40,662 nucleotides of DNA from assembly GCF_001194135.2 (NCBI RefSeq), contig NC_068991.1, positions 45,270,158 to 45,310,819 on the forward strand, given 5' to 3'. Under the pieces are notes generated by a model. The model did not search any database, was not told the DNA's origin, and saw only the letters and a program-made list of their open reading frames with translations. Position numbers and translations under genes: made by a program. Shown one piece after another: positions 10,372 through 22,640 of this stretch (position 1 is the first letter of the stretch; each line of letters starts with the position of its first letter). The DNA comes from Octopus bimaculoides (taxonomy: Eukaryota).

Positions 10372-10669
10372 GCTAACATACATATATATACATACATGCT
10401 TACATACTTACATACACACATGTGTGTGTGTGTGTGCGTGGTACTTTTATTTAAATCTTGGCTCAACGAGCATTTCAATCGACTATATTTAAGCACCTAT
10501 GCTATTTTTAAATCTTAAATTTAGTATCAGCTTATTTAACGTGAATTTTAAACACGTAGAAGGCTATATTAGCGTGATAATACCGGTATACGCTCCGATT
10601 CCTTTTGCTTCGCTTCATTTCTCTCTTAAAGTAAATACAGTATGTACAAAAAGAACAAGTTCTATAAAT

Positions 10670-10888
10670 ATTCTTTTCTACTCTAGGCATAAGGTTAGAA
10701 ATTTTGAGGGAGGGGTTGGGCAGTCGATTAGATCGAAGCCAATACGCAACTAGTACTTAAATTATCGAACCCGAAAGGATGAAAGGCAAAGTCGACCTCG
10801 GCGGAATTTGAACTCAGAACGTTAAGACAGAGGAAATGCAGTGAAGCATTTCGCCCAACGTGCTAACATTTCTGCCAGCTCGCTGCCT
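10670..10888 (-). mobile_element. SINE family B copy
   Basis: Plus strand CCCGAAAGGATGAAAGGCAAAGTCGACCTCGGCGGAATTTGAACTCAGAACG is the reverse complement of the family B core. Confidence 0.85.
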
Positions 10889-10904
10889 TAAGTTCTATAA
10901 ATAT

Positions 10905-11225
10905 TCTCTCTCTCCCTCTCTCTCTTTCTCTCCTTCTCTCTCTCTCCCTCTCACTCTCTCTCCTTCACTCTTTCTCTCCTTCTCTCTCTCTCTCTCCTTC
11001 TCTTTCTCTCCTTCTCTCTCTCTCTTTCTTTCTCTNNNNNNNNNNNNNNNNNNNNNNNNNNNNNNNNNNNNNNNNNNNNNNNNNNNNNNNNNNNNNNNNN
11101 NNNNNNNNNNNNNNNNNNNNNNNNNNNNNNNNNNNNNNNNNNNNNNNNNNNNNNNNNNNNNNNNNNNNNNNNNNNNNNNNNNNNNNNNNNNNNNNNNNNN
11201 NCTCTCTCTCTCTCCCTCTTCTTCT
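10905..11225. repeat. (CT)n polypyrimidine microsatellite spanning a gap
   Basis: Interrupted CT repeats on both sides of the N run. Confidence 0.9.
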
Positions 11226-11640
11226 CTCACTGAAGTTTCCCGTGTTACATACAAAATTTGAACTATGGCGTGGCTACAAAATATTCATTTATTAGAATAT
11301 CTATCTATTTATTTGTTTGACTTTCTGCTCTTTATAAACTTACATTATTTATATTCTAATTTATATATTTTTTTCTCAATTTATTGAATAATGAAACATG
11401 AAAATGTAATGTATTATATAATTATTTATCTACCTCTATTGTCTTATCCTAGTATGTATAACTCTGTGTGTGTGTGTGTGTGTGAGAGAGAGTGTGTATG
11501 CGTGTGTGTGTGTGTTTGTATCTGTGGGGACAATACGATGAGCAACATCAAATCGGGTCGGGGGTTTACATATAATGAGAGGAGAATATATATATATATA
11601 TATATATGTATGTATATATATATGTGTGTGTGCGCGCCAT

Positions 11641-11770
11641 GATAGATCGCTGATCACTACATTTATATATTTTTTTCTCTTTGTTTCTCTCCTTGTTTCT
11701 CTCCTTGTTTCTCTCCATTTGTTGTTTACATCACCTGTCTTCGTTTGTTGTTTTTTTAGTAAATTCTCCC
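11641..11770 (+). mobile_element. Internally deleted copy of the 7693-7889 Penelope-like mini-element (opposite orientation)
   Basis: Its reverse complement begins GGAGAATTTACTAAAAAAACAACAAACGAAGACAGGTGATGTAAACAACAA and ends AGCGATCTATC, as 7693-7889 does. The hammerhead segment is missing and TTGTTTCTCTCC occurs three times. Confidence 0.65.
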
Positions 11771-11775
11771 CCCCC

Positions 11776-11848
<73 letters not shown>

Positions 11849-11864
11849 TGTATGTATGTATGTA

Positions 11865-13100
11865 TAGGGTGTCCCAGAAAGATTTACCCATTGGTATTTC
11901 TTAATCATTCAAAATAAGCTTAAGGTAGGATAATGAAATTCGGCACACGCATTCTAATGTAAGTTGTCAATTCATTGCAATAATTATATTTCAAAATGCC
12001 CACCTTTCACCTTGATTATAGCCATACCACCTCTTCATCCAGCTTGACCCATGAAGACAGAAGGGCTTTCTTCAAATCTAACACATTTGAATAGGAGCGA
12101 GCAGAAACATTACTCTATAAGATGGACCACATAACAATATCCATGGGACTGTTGTCTGGACTTGAGAGACCCATATCGTCTTGTCCCAAGATCCGCTGAA
12201 ATGCTCTTTGCACCACCTCTGTGTCAAATTGGATGTGTGGGCTAGAGCCCCGTCTTGAGTGAAGATGTAACGGTCACCAAAGGTTTCTGTGACCCAGGGT
12301 AACACATTCTCATCCAACATTTCTACATAAACTTCACTATTGACCTTGACGCCAGCATCGATGAAGATCAAGGAAGACTTGACCCAGTCAGATGCAGTTG
12401 CGGCCCACAGCATGAGTGAAGCTGGCTTCTGACGGCGTAAATGACTCTTGCAGCCTTCGAGCGACTCTTCTGCATTACACGCATAAAGCCTGTCATTCTG
12501 CCTGTTGGTAACTGCTTCCACGGTGATGATCTCGTCGGACGGACCAGATCAACACTTTATTAGCGGCGCGCTTCATTTGAGCTAACATGGTTTCACCCCT
12601 GTCCAGCCGTTTCTTCTTGGAAGCTTCTGAAATTAACTAGATTGTTTCTTGTATACAGTTAGCTTTAAACTCTCTTTAAAAATCCTGTGCATTGACGATT
12701 TCGAAATACCAAGATCTTCTGTAGTTTTTCTTGCACTCCGCTTCTTCTCATCTTCAACAGTTTGTTTGGTATGAACTGATCATTTCCTACCAGGAATTAG
12801 CTTGCTAGTAGTAGCGGACTCCATATAGCATTTCCAAGTATTGAACACTGTTTTACGGCACACATTCAACAGTTCTGTTATATCCTTGTTGCTCAGTTCA
12901 GCTGTTTTCAAAGCAACAATCTGGTCACGTTTTGCTTTCGACACTGTTTGTTTACAAACCTGTTATAGACGAACGAAACAATAGACACATGAACAAAAGA
13001 TATATATGCAAATCTTTATGTAAAATGTAGATAATATTACCTGAACCGATATTCTTTAGGAAGAGTTTTAAACATGGGTAAATCTTCCTGGAGCACCTTG
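11865..13100 (-). mobile_element. Full-length decayed Tc1/mariner element, DD37D (maT/Bmmar1-like), 1236 bp
   Basis: 27-bp TIRs at 11865-11891 and 13074-13100 (22/27 identical, all differences transitions). TA on the left and CA (mutated TA) on the right. Inserted in a (TATG)n tract. Confidence 0.9.
11990..12950 (-). pseudogene. DD37D transposase pseudogene
   Basis: HTH region (RDQIVALK..LLNVCRKTVFNTWK; SARKTTEDLGISKSSMHRI), then WS(D)E..TVEAVTNRQNDR, MLWAA, GVKVNSEVY, TQDGALAHTS and W-LSSPDNSPMD. After repairing a 1-bp deletion there are 37 residues between the second and third Asp. Several stops and frameshifts. Confidence 0.9.
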
Positions 13101-13137
13101 CATATTCATATACATGTCTGTCTGTCTGACTGTCTGC

Positions 13138-13282
<145 letters not shown>

Positions 13283-13324
13283 CATATATTTATGTACGTA
13301 TAAGTGTGCATGTATGTATGTATG

Positions 13325-13700
13325 ATTTTTAAAAGTTTTATTTAAGCTTTTCTTGAGAGAGTTGAAGCTGTTTGCTAACAAAGCTACAAGACTTTTGGGG
13401 TGGAGAGAGTTCTCGGTGTTTGTAAATATGTGGTTTGGGTTGGTGTGTTTGTTGAGTTGTCAATATACACGCCCAAGTGTGAGCATGTAGTCATCTAAAG
13501 AATTACAGATGGATAATTATTGGAATGTCTAATAAATCTTCACTGTGCCACTAATAAACTGGATTTGGAGAATCTGTGTCAATTTCTTTTGTTCTTTCTA
13601 CGATACGTGCACGCATTCCATAGAATAACTTTCTGAAAATTATAATCCAGATGGATGTACACCACATACCAACACCCCAAAGATAAAACCTACACACGAT
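13325..13700 (-). mobile_element. 3' fragment of an RLE (R4/Dong-like) LINE, CATA-associated lineage
   Basis: Minus strand encodes QIQFISGTVKIY*TF (cf. KIQSLTGTVKFCKTF at ~39548-39592). Its 3' UTR aligns with 40330-40450. It ends AATAAAACTTTTAAAAAT followed by (CATA)3. Confidence 0.75.
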
Positions 13701-14244
13701 CACTAAACCTCTTAGAGATAACAGCCAAATCCCCCTCAAATTACAATCTACCATCTCAAACTATACAGTACACATTGCTCAGTGTAATCTTAGCTACACC
13801 ATGTCTGAATAAATGATAAGATGGCTCTACGACAAATGAAGGCTTTTGTTTGATCACAAATGTTCTTGATCAGAATTGACCTGGGGTTAAAAAAAAAGAC
13901 ATCATGATACTCTTCATTTTACTTTTGCTTCTTTGTTTGTTACTTTATTCATTTGTTTGTTTTTTTTCTTCCTATATTAATAGCATGTGGAACTTTCGTG
14001 CGTATTTTGAACAGTTCTTTATAGAATAAAAACAACATCATTTTAAAATATGATTAATAAATAATGCTATTATTGTGTGGAATAGTCATGTCAAGTGTTG
14101 CGCCTATGGGTTGTTATCAATTGACATTTGATTCTCCTCTTTGATATTAGTTTATACAGAATGCTTTAAAACCATCCGCAGTGAAACTAGTTTTTTTTTT
14201 TATCATTCAAGTCTTCGCGTCTGGTTATGAACATTTTTACGTTA

Positions 14245-14251
14245 TATATGC

Positions 14252-14282
<31 letters not shown>

Positions 14283-14482
14283 CATGCATAGATGCATACA
14301 TACATACATACATACATACATGCATACATGCATACATACATACATATATGTATGTTAGTGTGTATATATGTATATTTATGTACGTATATACATATGTGTG
14401 TATATGTGTGCGTGTGCGTGTGTGTCTGTGTGTATGTGTATAAGTTAATGTAGATATATGTGCATGTATACGTTTATACGTA

Positions 14483-14526
<44 letters not shown>

Positions 14527-14815
14527 NNNNNNNNNNNNNNNNNNNNNNNNNNNNNNNNNNNNNNNNNNNNNNNNNNNNNNNNNNNNNNNNNNNNNNNNNN
14601 NNNNNNNNNNNNNNNNNNNNNNNNNNNNNNNNNNNNNNNNNNNNNNNNNNNNNNNNNNNNNNNNNNNNNNNNNNNNNNNNNNNNNNNNNNNNNNNNNNNN
14701 NNNNNNNNNNNNNNNNNNNNNNNNNNNNNNNNNNNNNNNNNNNNNNNNNNNNNNNNNNNNNNNNNNNNNNNNNNNNNNNNNNNNNNNNNNNNNNNNNNNN
14801 NNNNNNNNNNNNNNN

Positions 14816-14850
<35 letters not shown>
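14245..14850. repeat. Compound (CATA)/(TG)/(TA)-gap-(GA) microsatellite region
   Basis: Direct reading of the sequence. Confidence 0.9.
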
Positions 14851-14852
<2 letters not shown>

Positions 14853-16294
14853 CGGTGGTGATGGAAATGGATATAGATATATATATACACATATACTACA
14901 TATATATATGCTTGCGTCTAACAGAAGAACACACGTATGTATGTATGTATGTATGTATGTACGTATGTATGTATGTACGTAATCGGTACAGTGAGTCCCA
15001 CAAAAGATACTTTGGGTCGCTGAAGGGCTTTGTCAGTGACTGAAAAAAGTGCTATGGTTTACTTTGTAACTTTTTAAAAACTGAAATAATGCTCCAGTTT
15101 GTGAGTTTCAAAATGTATGGAGACAAGATGGAGAGTATATATTCTATATCAGGATTTCAATTAGTGACTGTACTTTATATCTGTAGTTTTGAATGTGTTC
15201 AATATAATTCTTTCCGCTACTGTCTGCAAGTGATAGTTTTACTCTGAAAGCACACACTTTTGTGAAACATTTTGTCATCAAGTGGTAGGGCATGATTGTG
15301 ACAGATTACTTTGGTGCAATTATATTTCTGGGATATTTGGAATACGATGCTTTCCAAGCATCTGTAACTAATTTTCTTATTATTCTTAATGAAGAGTTTG
15401 ACATTGATGCGTGGCGAGAAAGATATATATATATATAATCCAAGAAAGTTAGGGGTTGTGAATCCAACCCACTAAGGGATAATATCTATGCAATACACTG
15501 CCGGAAGGATACCCAATTACTATAACACTAGTGTCTTTACCAAGTGCAATATATGGGTGCAGGTAAAAGGAAATTTTACCCTTAATTTATATAGCAGCAA
15601 TGTCTGCAAGTTGATGAGTACCACATATTCCCCTCCATTTTCTTATTGCTATATATAAATATATATATATATATATATAACGTTATCGATAACATTGTCT
15701 TCTAAGTTTTATTTTAGTTCAGCATATCTGTTCCTGTATCCGTAGCTCGGATATATCATTGACATATCGAGTATAGATAGGAAAACAAGATGGAAAAAAA
15801 AACATTAGTTGATAACGTAACCATCTTGTACACATTTCTACATAAATTAGATTAGCACTGAAAGCTTTATTAATAGCAAACTACGAACCGATGATTAACA
15901 GAGAGATACGGCCCCCCGTGTAATAAACTAAGAACAATTATCATCGTTGTAAATAACTTGAGGTTGACCGTTAAAATTTAAAGCCAGTGTTGATATCATC
16001 ACTAACAACACTATTCCCATGGTCCATCCTGTCTACTACGAAAACGCACGAGTATCTAATGTTAGTAGCAACCATTTTACACAGAAGCTAAGACTGATTA
16101 AGGTCTAGCAACCCTGCTGGATATAACATCGCCATTTCAACTTAAACACAGAGGGCTATAAGGAAAATAGTAAACACGTTAACGAAAAGCATCAAATCAG
16201 GAAAATATCATATTTTCAATATAGCATGTTTAAAAGAAAAATTGCTCCCAATCTACACAAATATGTGTGTGCATGTGTACAATCACGTACACAG

Positions 16295-16343
<49 letters not shown>

Positions 16344-16714
16344 GACGCGCGCGCATGAGTATATAGAGTCATATATTCTTGATACGCATAGAAGTATTCA
16401 TTATTCTCACTTCCGTATAACAAGTTTTAATGTTCCAAGCTGATTCAACACCTTTCCTATTTAATATAACACTGTACCTAAAATTAACTATATAGGCCGC
16501 ATAAATGGACAACTAACATTTCTAACCTACTGAACTAGCGTGCTCTCTCTTCCTCTTTCTCTCTCTCCCTCTGTATATNNNNNNNNNNNNNNNNNNNNNN
16601 NNNNNNNNNNNNNNNNNNNNNNNNNNNNNNNNNNNNNNNNNNNNNNNNNNNNNNNNNNNNNNNNNNNNNNNNNNNNNNNNNNNNNNNNNNNNNNNNNNNN
16701 NNNNNNNNNNNNNN

Positions 16715-16784
16715 TATATATATACATACATACATACATACATATAGGAAATAGTGGCACAACATGTATATAAATGTATGTATG

Positions 16785-16826
<42 letters not shown>

Positions 16827-17140
16827 TGTGTGTGCGTGCGCGCATGCGTGTGTCTAATGCTTACTCTATTGTGCAGTGAAGTTACCAAACTAGCTCAGGT
16901 ATTCCTGCCAAGGTAAAACTCCAACGCAATAAATTTTTTTCCGAAAGCTAAATTTTGGTACTGTGTGAGGATTTGTATGTATGTATCTATGTATGTATGT
17001 ATGTATGTACGTACGTACGTATGTACGTATGTATATATGTATGTATGTACGTATAAACTTAGGTACACATGTATATATGTACCTGTGTGTGTGTGTATGT
17101 ACATATATATATATGTGTGTGTGTGTGCGTATATATATGT

Positions 17141-17192
<52 letters not shown>

Positions 17193-17221
17193 AAGCGAGA
17201 GAGAGAAAGCGAGAGAGAGAA

Positions 17222-17252
<31 letters not shown>

Positions 17253-17268
17253 AAGAGAGAAAGGTATG

Positions 17269-17322
<54 letters not shown>
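16715..17322. repeat. Compound microsatellite blocks (CATA, TG, TATG, GA, GATA)
   Basis: Successive simple repeats, interrupted by unique sequence at ~16850-16975. Confidence 0.85.
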
Positions 17323-18009
17323 TGAAATGCAATTTCCAACAAATTTGCGATCTCTTGCCAAATACATAGGATCAATATTATTGATTTATATTTACAGTTC
17401 TTGCTGTTGTAATTTGACCTCAGGTTAGCCCTGAACGAACAAACTTGTGATCAAAGCATTCTAACAATAGCCATCCTGTCGTTAGTCGACCCAAGATTTG
17501 TGAATGAATCTGGGTAGACGGAAACTATTCAGAAGCCCATCGGATGTAGTGCGTCTCTAAGTTACAGATGCAGTCGATCTCCAAGACAATTTCGTTTAGG
17601 GTACGTATCTGTGCGATGTTCAACCATCTTGCATACTAATTTGGTCGTGTAAGATGTCGAGTTGACGGAACAGCTGGAAATCAAATCAACGAGAGAGTCC
17701 ATCACATATGCATGGTGTGTGTCTGTGTGTCTAAATAAAAATGAAGGAGAGATGCGAAAAGAGAAATGAGTGAGGGAGGGATTTAGATGAATTACTAAAA
17801 AATTTGAAGCACGCACTCATATGAGCAAAAATGTGTGCGCGCACGTGTGTGTGTGTATGTGTGTGTGCGTGTGTCTGTGTATGCGTAAGTGTGTGTGCGT
17901 GTGACTAATGTATTTTTCTTGTCTTTTGTCTAATACTCTCTGTCATTTTCACTTTCAACCGCTCATCATTTTTTACCACTCTCTCGTTTGTTTGTTTGTG
18001 TCACTTCCT

Positions 18010-18310
<301 letters not shown>

Positions 18311-18799
18311 ACTCACACACTTATGTCTGTGTACACGTGTATGTTTCTCTTAGTTTCTCTATCTTTCTCCACTCTGACTCTCCCTCTCTCTCTGTGCGCA
18401 ATAAACACTATTTGATCACTATTACTTATTCATGTCTATCTGATCTGCCAAACGATAGAGCGTCGAACTAGAATGCTTATGCAATATACTATTTAGTTAC
18501 ACCCGTCCGTATTAATGAGTGCAATTTAAATAACCAACTACTCGGAATTGAGCCGGACATTGACTTCCGTCTCCTCAGAGATTCAACTAAAATAAGTACC
18601 AGCAATATACTTGACTTCGTTTCAAACAGACTAGCTCACGCTCCCTATGCTCCAATCTGTTCCACAAAAATGTGTTGTTTTTCAAGTGGGACCCTTTTTT
18701 TTAGTTTTATGTCAGTGGGGAAAGCGATGTCCATGAACCTTTACAGGTTGTGGACACTACCTTCAGATGCATTGAATACTTGTTCGGATTGGATGAAGG

Positions 18800-18925
18800 T
18801 ACTTCAAGTGCGACGGTCAGGAACGATAAAATAAAGTACCAGTTAAACACTGGGGTCAATGTAATTGCCTTTCTACTGCCCCTCAAAACTACAGGCTTTG
18901 TACCAAAATTAGAAAGAATCATTGT
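18800..18925 (+). mobile_element. 3' half of a diverged SINE family B copy
   Basis: GATAAAATAAAGTACCAGTTAAACACTGGGGTCAATGTAATTG...GGCTTTGTACCAAAATTAGAAAGAATC followed by (TTG)n. Confidence 0.65.
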
Positions 18926-18944
18926 TGTTGTTGTTATTTTGGTT

Positions 18945-19845
18945 TGGCACAAGTTTGGTCTTATTGCTGGTACGATTTATGTAGGTAGTGGGTTACTACC
19001 CATAGCCTTAGGTATCCACAAGTTTTCAGCTGTCTTTCAAGTGCTTAGAACCCTCCTGATGACCCTTGCTATCCCTAAAAGACAAAATTTCTGTAGGAGC
19101 TCTATCGGGCAGTCTATTTCAATCTCCTTCAGCCATTTGTCTATATTTTTGCTTAATGTTCCCAACGCGCCAATTATTACAGGCATGACCTTTACTATTC
19201 GCATGCTCTAAATTCTTCCTATTTCAAATTTTAAGGGATTCTATTTTCTTGGAATCAAACAGGCATGGTGGGTTGATAAGTAAGCAACTTCACTTTTCCT
19301 TATCTATAATCGTTATATCTGGCCTACTATTTTCTAACTTCTTGTCCGTTTGGATAGAATAGTCTCACAAAATTTTAAATATTTCCGACTCTAGTACTCT
19401 TTCGACTCAATGATTGTACCATGTGTTTCCAGCTTCAAATCCCCATTTCTGGCACAGTTTCCAGTATAAAACTTTTACATCCTGGTCGTGCTTCCATTTC
19501 TTATATTCTTCCTGTGCCAACCTGGAGCATTCTGCCACAAAGTGTGCTACTGTCTCGTTCTAAGTTCCACAGGCTCTACATTTTCCTGACACATTCTCTC
19601 CATATATATTTTTTCACAAGTTCAAATGTATTATTCGCAATTGATCACGCTTGATTTGGGGCTGATACAATTAGACTTTCTACTTCCTTTTTTAATCGCA
19701 CCTTTTTCCAACCAAGCCCTGGATTTTGTTCCATTATACATCTTCAGTGGCACTCAAAATTTGACCATGCAGAGGTTTCCTCACGTGTTCTCTTTGTATT
19801 TCATTCTTCTCTTTTTTTCCTATTACGAGTTTCATCACCTGTTCT
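18945..19845 (-). mobile_element. 5'-truncated R4/Dong-like RLE LINE (zinc knuckle + RLE domain), decayed
   Basis: Minus-strand motifs: KPLHGQI, SRAWLEKG..KKEVESLIVSA, ETVAHFVAECSRLAQEEYKKWKHDQ (CCHC and RHD-like), RPDITIID, VMPVIIGALGT and LQKFCLLGIARVIRRVL. Flanked on both sides by TTA/TTG repeats. Confidence 0.85.
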
Positions 19846-20029
19846 TTATTGTTATTATTATTATTTGTTATGTCTCAACGCTACTGCTATCTAGCACCTT
19901 CGGATGATCTCTACTCAACCACAACACAACTGCTACTCGACTGCTACTCAACACTCCTACCACGACCAGACTACCTCTATTTATATATCTTGGGAGATTC
20001 TACTTCTTTGCCTGGGGGCGTCGACACAA

Positions 20030-20081
<52 letters not shown>
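20030..20081. repeat. (TTA)n microsatellite
   Basis: Pure run. Confidence 0.95.
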
Positions 20082-20710
20082 GGCGGCAGAATCGTTAACA
20101 CACCGGGAGATGTGCTTAGTGGTATTTCGCTCGTCGCTACGTTCTGAGTTCAAATTCCGCCGAGGTCGACTTTGCCTTTCATCCTTTCGAAGTCGATAAA
20201 TTAAGTACTAGTGAGGCATTGGGGTCGATGTAATCGACTTAGCCCCTCTCCACAAATTTCAGGCCTTGTGCCTATAATAGAAGGCATTATTATTATTATT
20301 ATTGTTATTATTATAAAGGCGGTGAACTGGTAGAGTCGTTAGCATGCCGAGCAACATACTAAGCGGCATTTCATCTGTCTGTACGTTCTGAGTTCAAATT
20401 CTGCTGAGGTTGACTTTGCCTTTCATCCTTTCGGGGTCGATAAATTAAGTACCAGTGAAATACTGAGGTCGATATAATCGACTTAACCCCTCCTCTAAAT
20501 TTTCAGGCCTTGTACCTATAGTAGAATGGTTTATTATGCCATGCGGCATTTTCTTCCATTTTTTGACGTTCGGAGTTCAAATCCCATCTTGGTCATCTTT
20601 ACTTTTTATCTTTTCGAGGGACGAAGAGATAAAGTACCAGTTAAGTAACGGTGTCGGAGGTATACACAAATCCCTTCCCCTCAAAATCGTTGTCCTTATT
20701 CCTGAATAAA
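20082..20710 (+). mobile_element. Head-to-tail cluster of three SINE family B copies (20082-20285, 20316-20530, 20538-20710)
   Basis: Each copy has GTTCAAAT (B box). The first two have CCTTTCATCCTTTCG..GTCGATAAATTAAGTAC and the third is diverged. Separated by (TTA)n. Confidence 0.85.
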
Positions 20711-20750
20711 AATTGTTGTTGTGTTGTTGTTGTTGTTGTTGTTGGTGTTG

Positions 20751-20782
<32 letters not shown>

Positions 20783-20800
20783 GATGATGGTGGTGGTATT
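20711..20800. repeat. (TTG)n/(GGT)n microsatellite
   Basis: Direct reading of the sequence. Confidence 0.9.
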
Positions 20801-21145
20801 GTTGATGATACAATCCAAATCACGTGTTTGGATTGTATGTTTTTTTTTCTTTTCTGTGTCTTCTGTACTGCATCGCGAAGACCTATTACGAAGAAAGAAG
20901 TTTATTTCACCCACTTTTGGTGGAAGAAGACACTTTAAGTAGATTTTGACCTTACTTGCTTACGTTCAACACAAAATATGTCGATGAGAGACAACTCCGC
21001 AGGTAAAAACTTTGACACTGAAAAGAAAAACAACCAAACAAGGATACTGAGCACATATATTTTGAAAGAAAAATTAGTGTTGCTTTTGTGGGTATCGGTA
21101 TTAATAAAAATGATTTTTGCCACGAAATTAGCAATAACAGCAATA

Positions 21146-21343
21146 ATGGCTTCAAACTTTGGCACAAAGCCTGAAATTTTGGAGGAGGTGGAAAGCCGAT
21201 TACATCGGCCCCAGTACTGAACTGGTACTTATTTTATCGGCCCTGAAAGGCAGAGTCGACCTCGGCGGAATTTGAACTCAGAACATAAAGACGGACCAAC
21301 TACCACTAAGCAATTTGCCCTGTGTGCTAACAGTTCTGCCAGC
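21146..21343 (-). mobile_element. SINE family B copy
   Basis: Reverse complement of the family B core (GTCGACCTCGGCGGAATTTGAACTCAGAAC). Confidence 0.85.
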
Positions 21344-21429
21344 AATAATAACAATAACTTATTCACAGATTTTACAAAGAGAAGGAAATTCCATAATCTT
21401 TCATGATAATAATTTGTCTGGAAACTATC

Positions 21430-22640
21430 CCCATCTTTTTCAAATGAGTTTTGCAAGAGACAAAATTTCGATGACAGGAAGACAGCGTAGCAACATTGAT
21501 GAGTAAAGAAAAGTCTCTCTATCTGAATCTAGTATTAGTTAGGCGTACAAGAAAACGAAGATTACCCCTCTGTGCATTGCTAAATCTCATGAGTTTTTTC
21601 TTCCGATCTCCAAATAGCACTTGGAAGAAAGATCTCGTTGATACAGGGAGTGAGATCTCTTACAATGTGTGAAGACATGAAATTAATATGTAATGTTTTC
21701 TTTTTTAAAAAAAAACAAACTCGTGCTAAAGAGATGAGCTTTCAAGCCCTCACAGACACTCATGGTGTGAGAGAAATACTAGTGTCAATGTAATGTATGT
21801 CAGAGTTGAAGTCGGACGTAGTTACTTCTGTAGCACAAAGTGAGCAAGTGCTCAATGCTGAGTGACCTTTGGCAGTGTGGAATCAGATGAAGCCTCATGA
21901 GCATACAAAACTTCATTATCATCTAAGATCAGAAAAGATTCCGTAGTTGTATTCTGTAATGAATGCAGAAGCAAAAGCTTTAAGAGTGATAGTTTTCTGA
22001 CCGAAAACCCAACAGCTAGACACGTGACGTGAAAGTAAAGGTCCTTTAAGTATTATCTTCCAATAGAAGCTGACGAAGCTAAAATGAAAATACAACGGAA
22101 ACTGCACTAGCAGGCCACGAGGGGTTGCTGTTGCCGGCGAACCACCAGGGGCATCTCCGGAAACGTCGGAAGTGTTCATCTTGTTCTTGATTTGAAAACT
22201 GATCTTGTCACGTAACTTCCTTGTCCAGGCTATAAACCAGCAGTACCCCTTCATCGTATTGCGAAAATGGGGAGGAGGTGGAAATCAAGCAGGTGAGACC
22301 GACTGCTGGAGACAGCGAAAGATGCACGAAACGAAAAAAACAAAAAATCACCTTCTTCTCAAATTATAAATATGCTTCAAAAGAAGGTTAGGGAATATTT
22401 TGAAGAGGAGCGCATTTCATTCAGCCCGGGCCTGTATGAAATTCACAGTTCTTTGTACAACAGCAATATCAAATTTAAAAAAGAAAAGAAAAGAAAACGA
22501 AGAACCGATAGAGTTACTGGACAAAATAAAGGAAAATGTAGAAAGTTATCATTTAACAAGGAAATGGGCTCCATTTTCTGCAATATTGAAATGATAAACT
22601 GGTGGTGAAAACAGCATTAGTTAAATTTATGATCAGTTAG
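21430..22640 (+). mobile_element. Possible heavily decayed L1/Tx1-like LINE ORF2 (EN to start of RT)
   Basis: Scattered motifs in the expected order: VLQETKF (~21446), SPGLYE (~22423; cf. KSPGLDGLPYE) and EPIELLD (~22501; cf. RPITLLN). Many stops. Confidence 0.3.

Noticed and set aside
14987-15172. TACAGT...ACTGTA Tc1-like MITE
   Set aside because: The inverted match does not extend beyond about 6 bp.
18541-18590. Minus-strand CTGAGGA-GAC-GGAA-GTC-AATGTC, a possible decayed hammerhead
   Set aside because: GAAA is broken and stem I pairs poorly. At best it is a dead remnant.
18890-18960. 10-nt similarity (TTGTRCCAAA) between the SINE B tail and the Dong-like LINE 3' end, suggesting a SINE-LINE partnership
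   Set aside because: The match is too short, the sense-strand tails are opposite ((ATT)n vs (AAT/AAC)n), and SINE B has long APE-type TSDs at a non-satellite site (36760).
18750-19211. 153-aa plus-strand ORF with hydrophobic stretches
   Set aside because: It is composed of a SINE fragment and the antisense strand of the Dong-like LINE.
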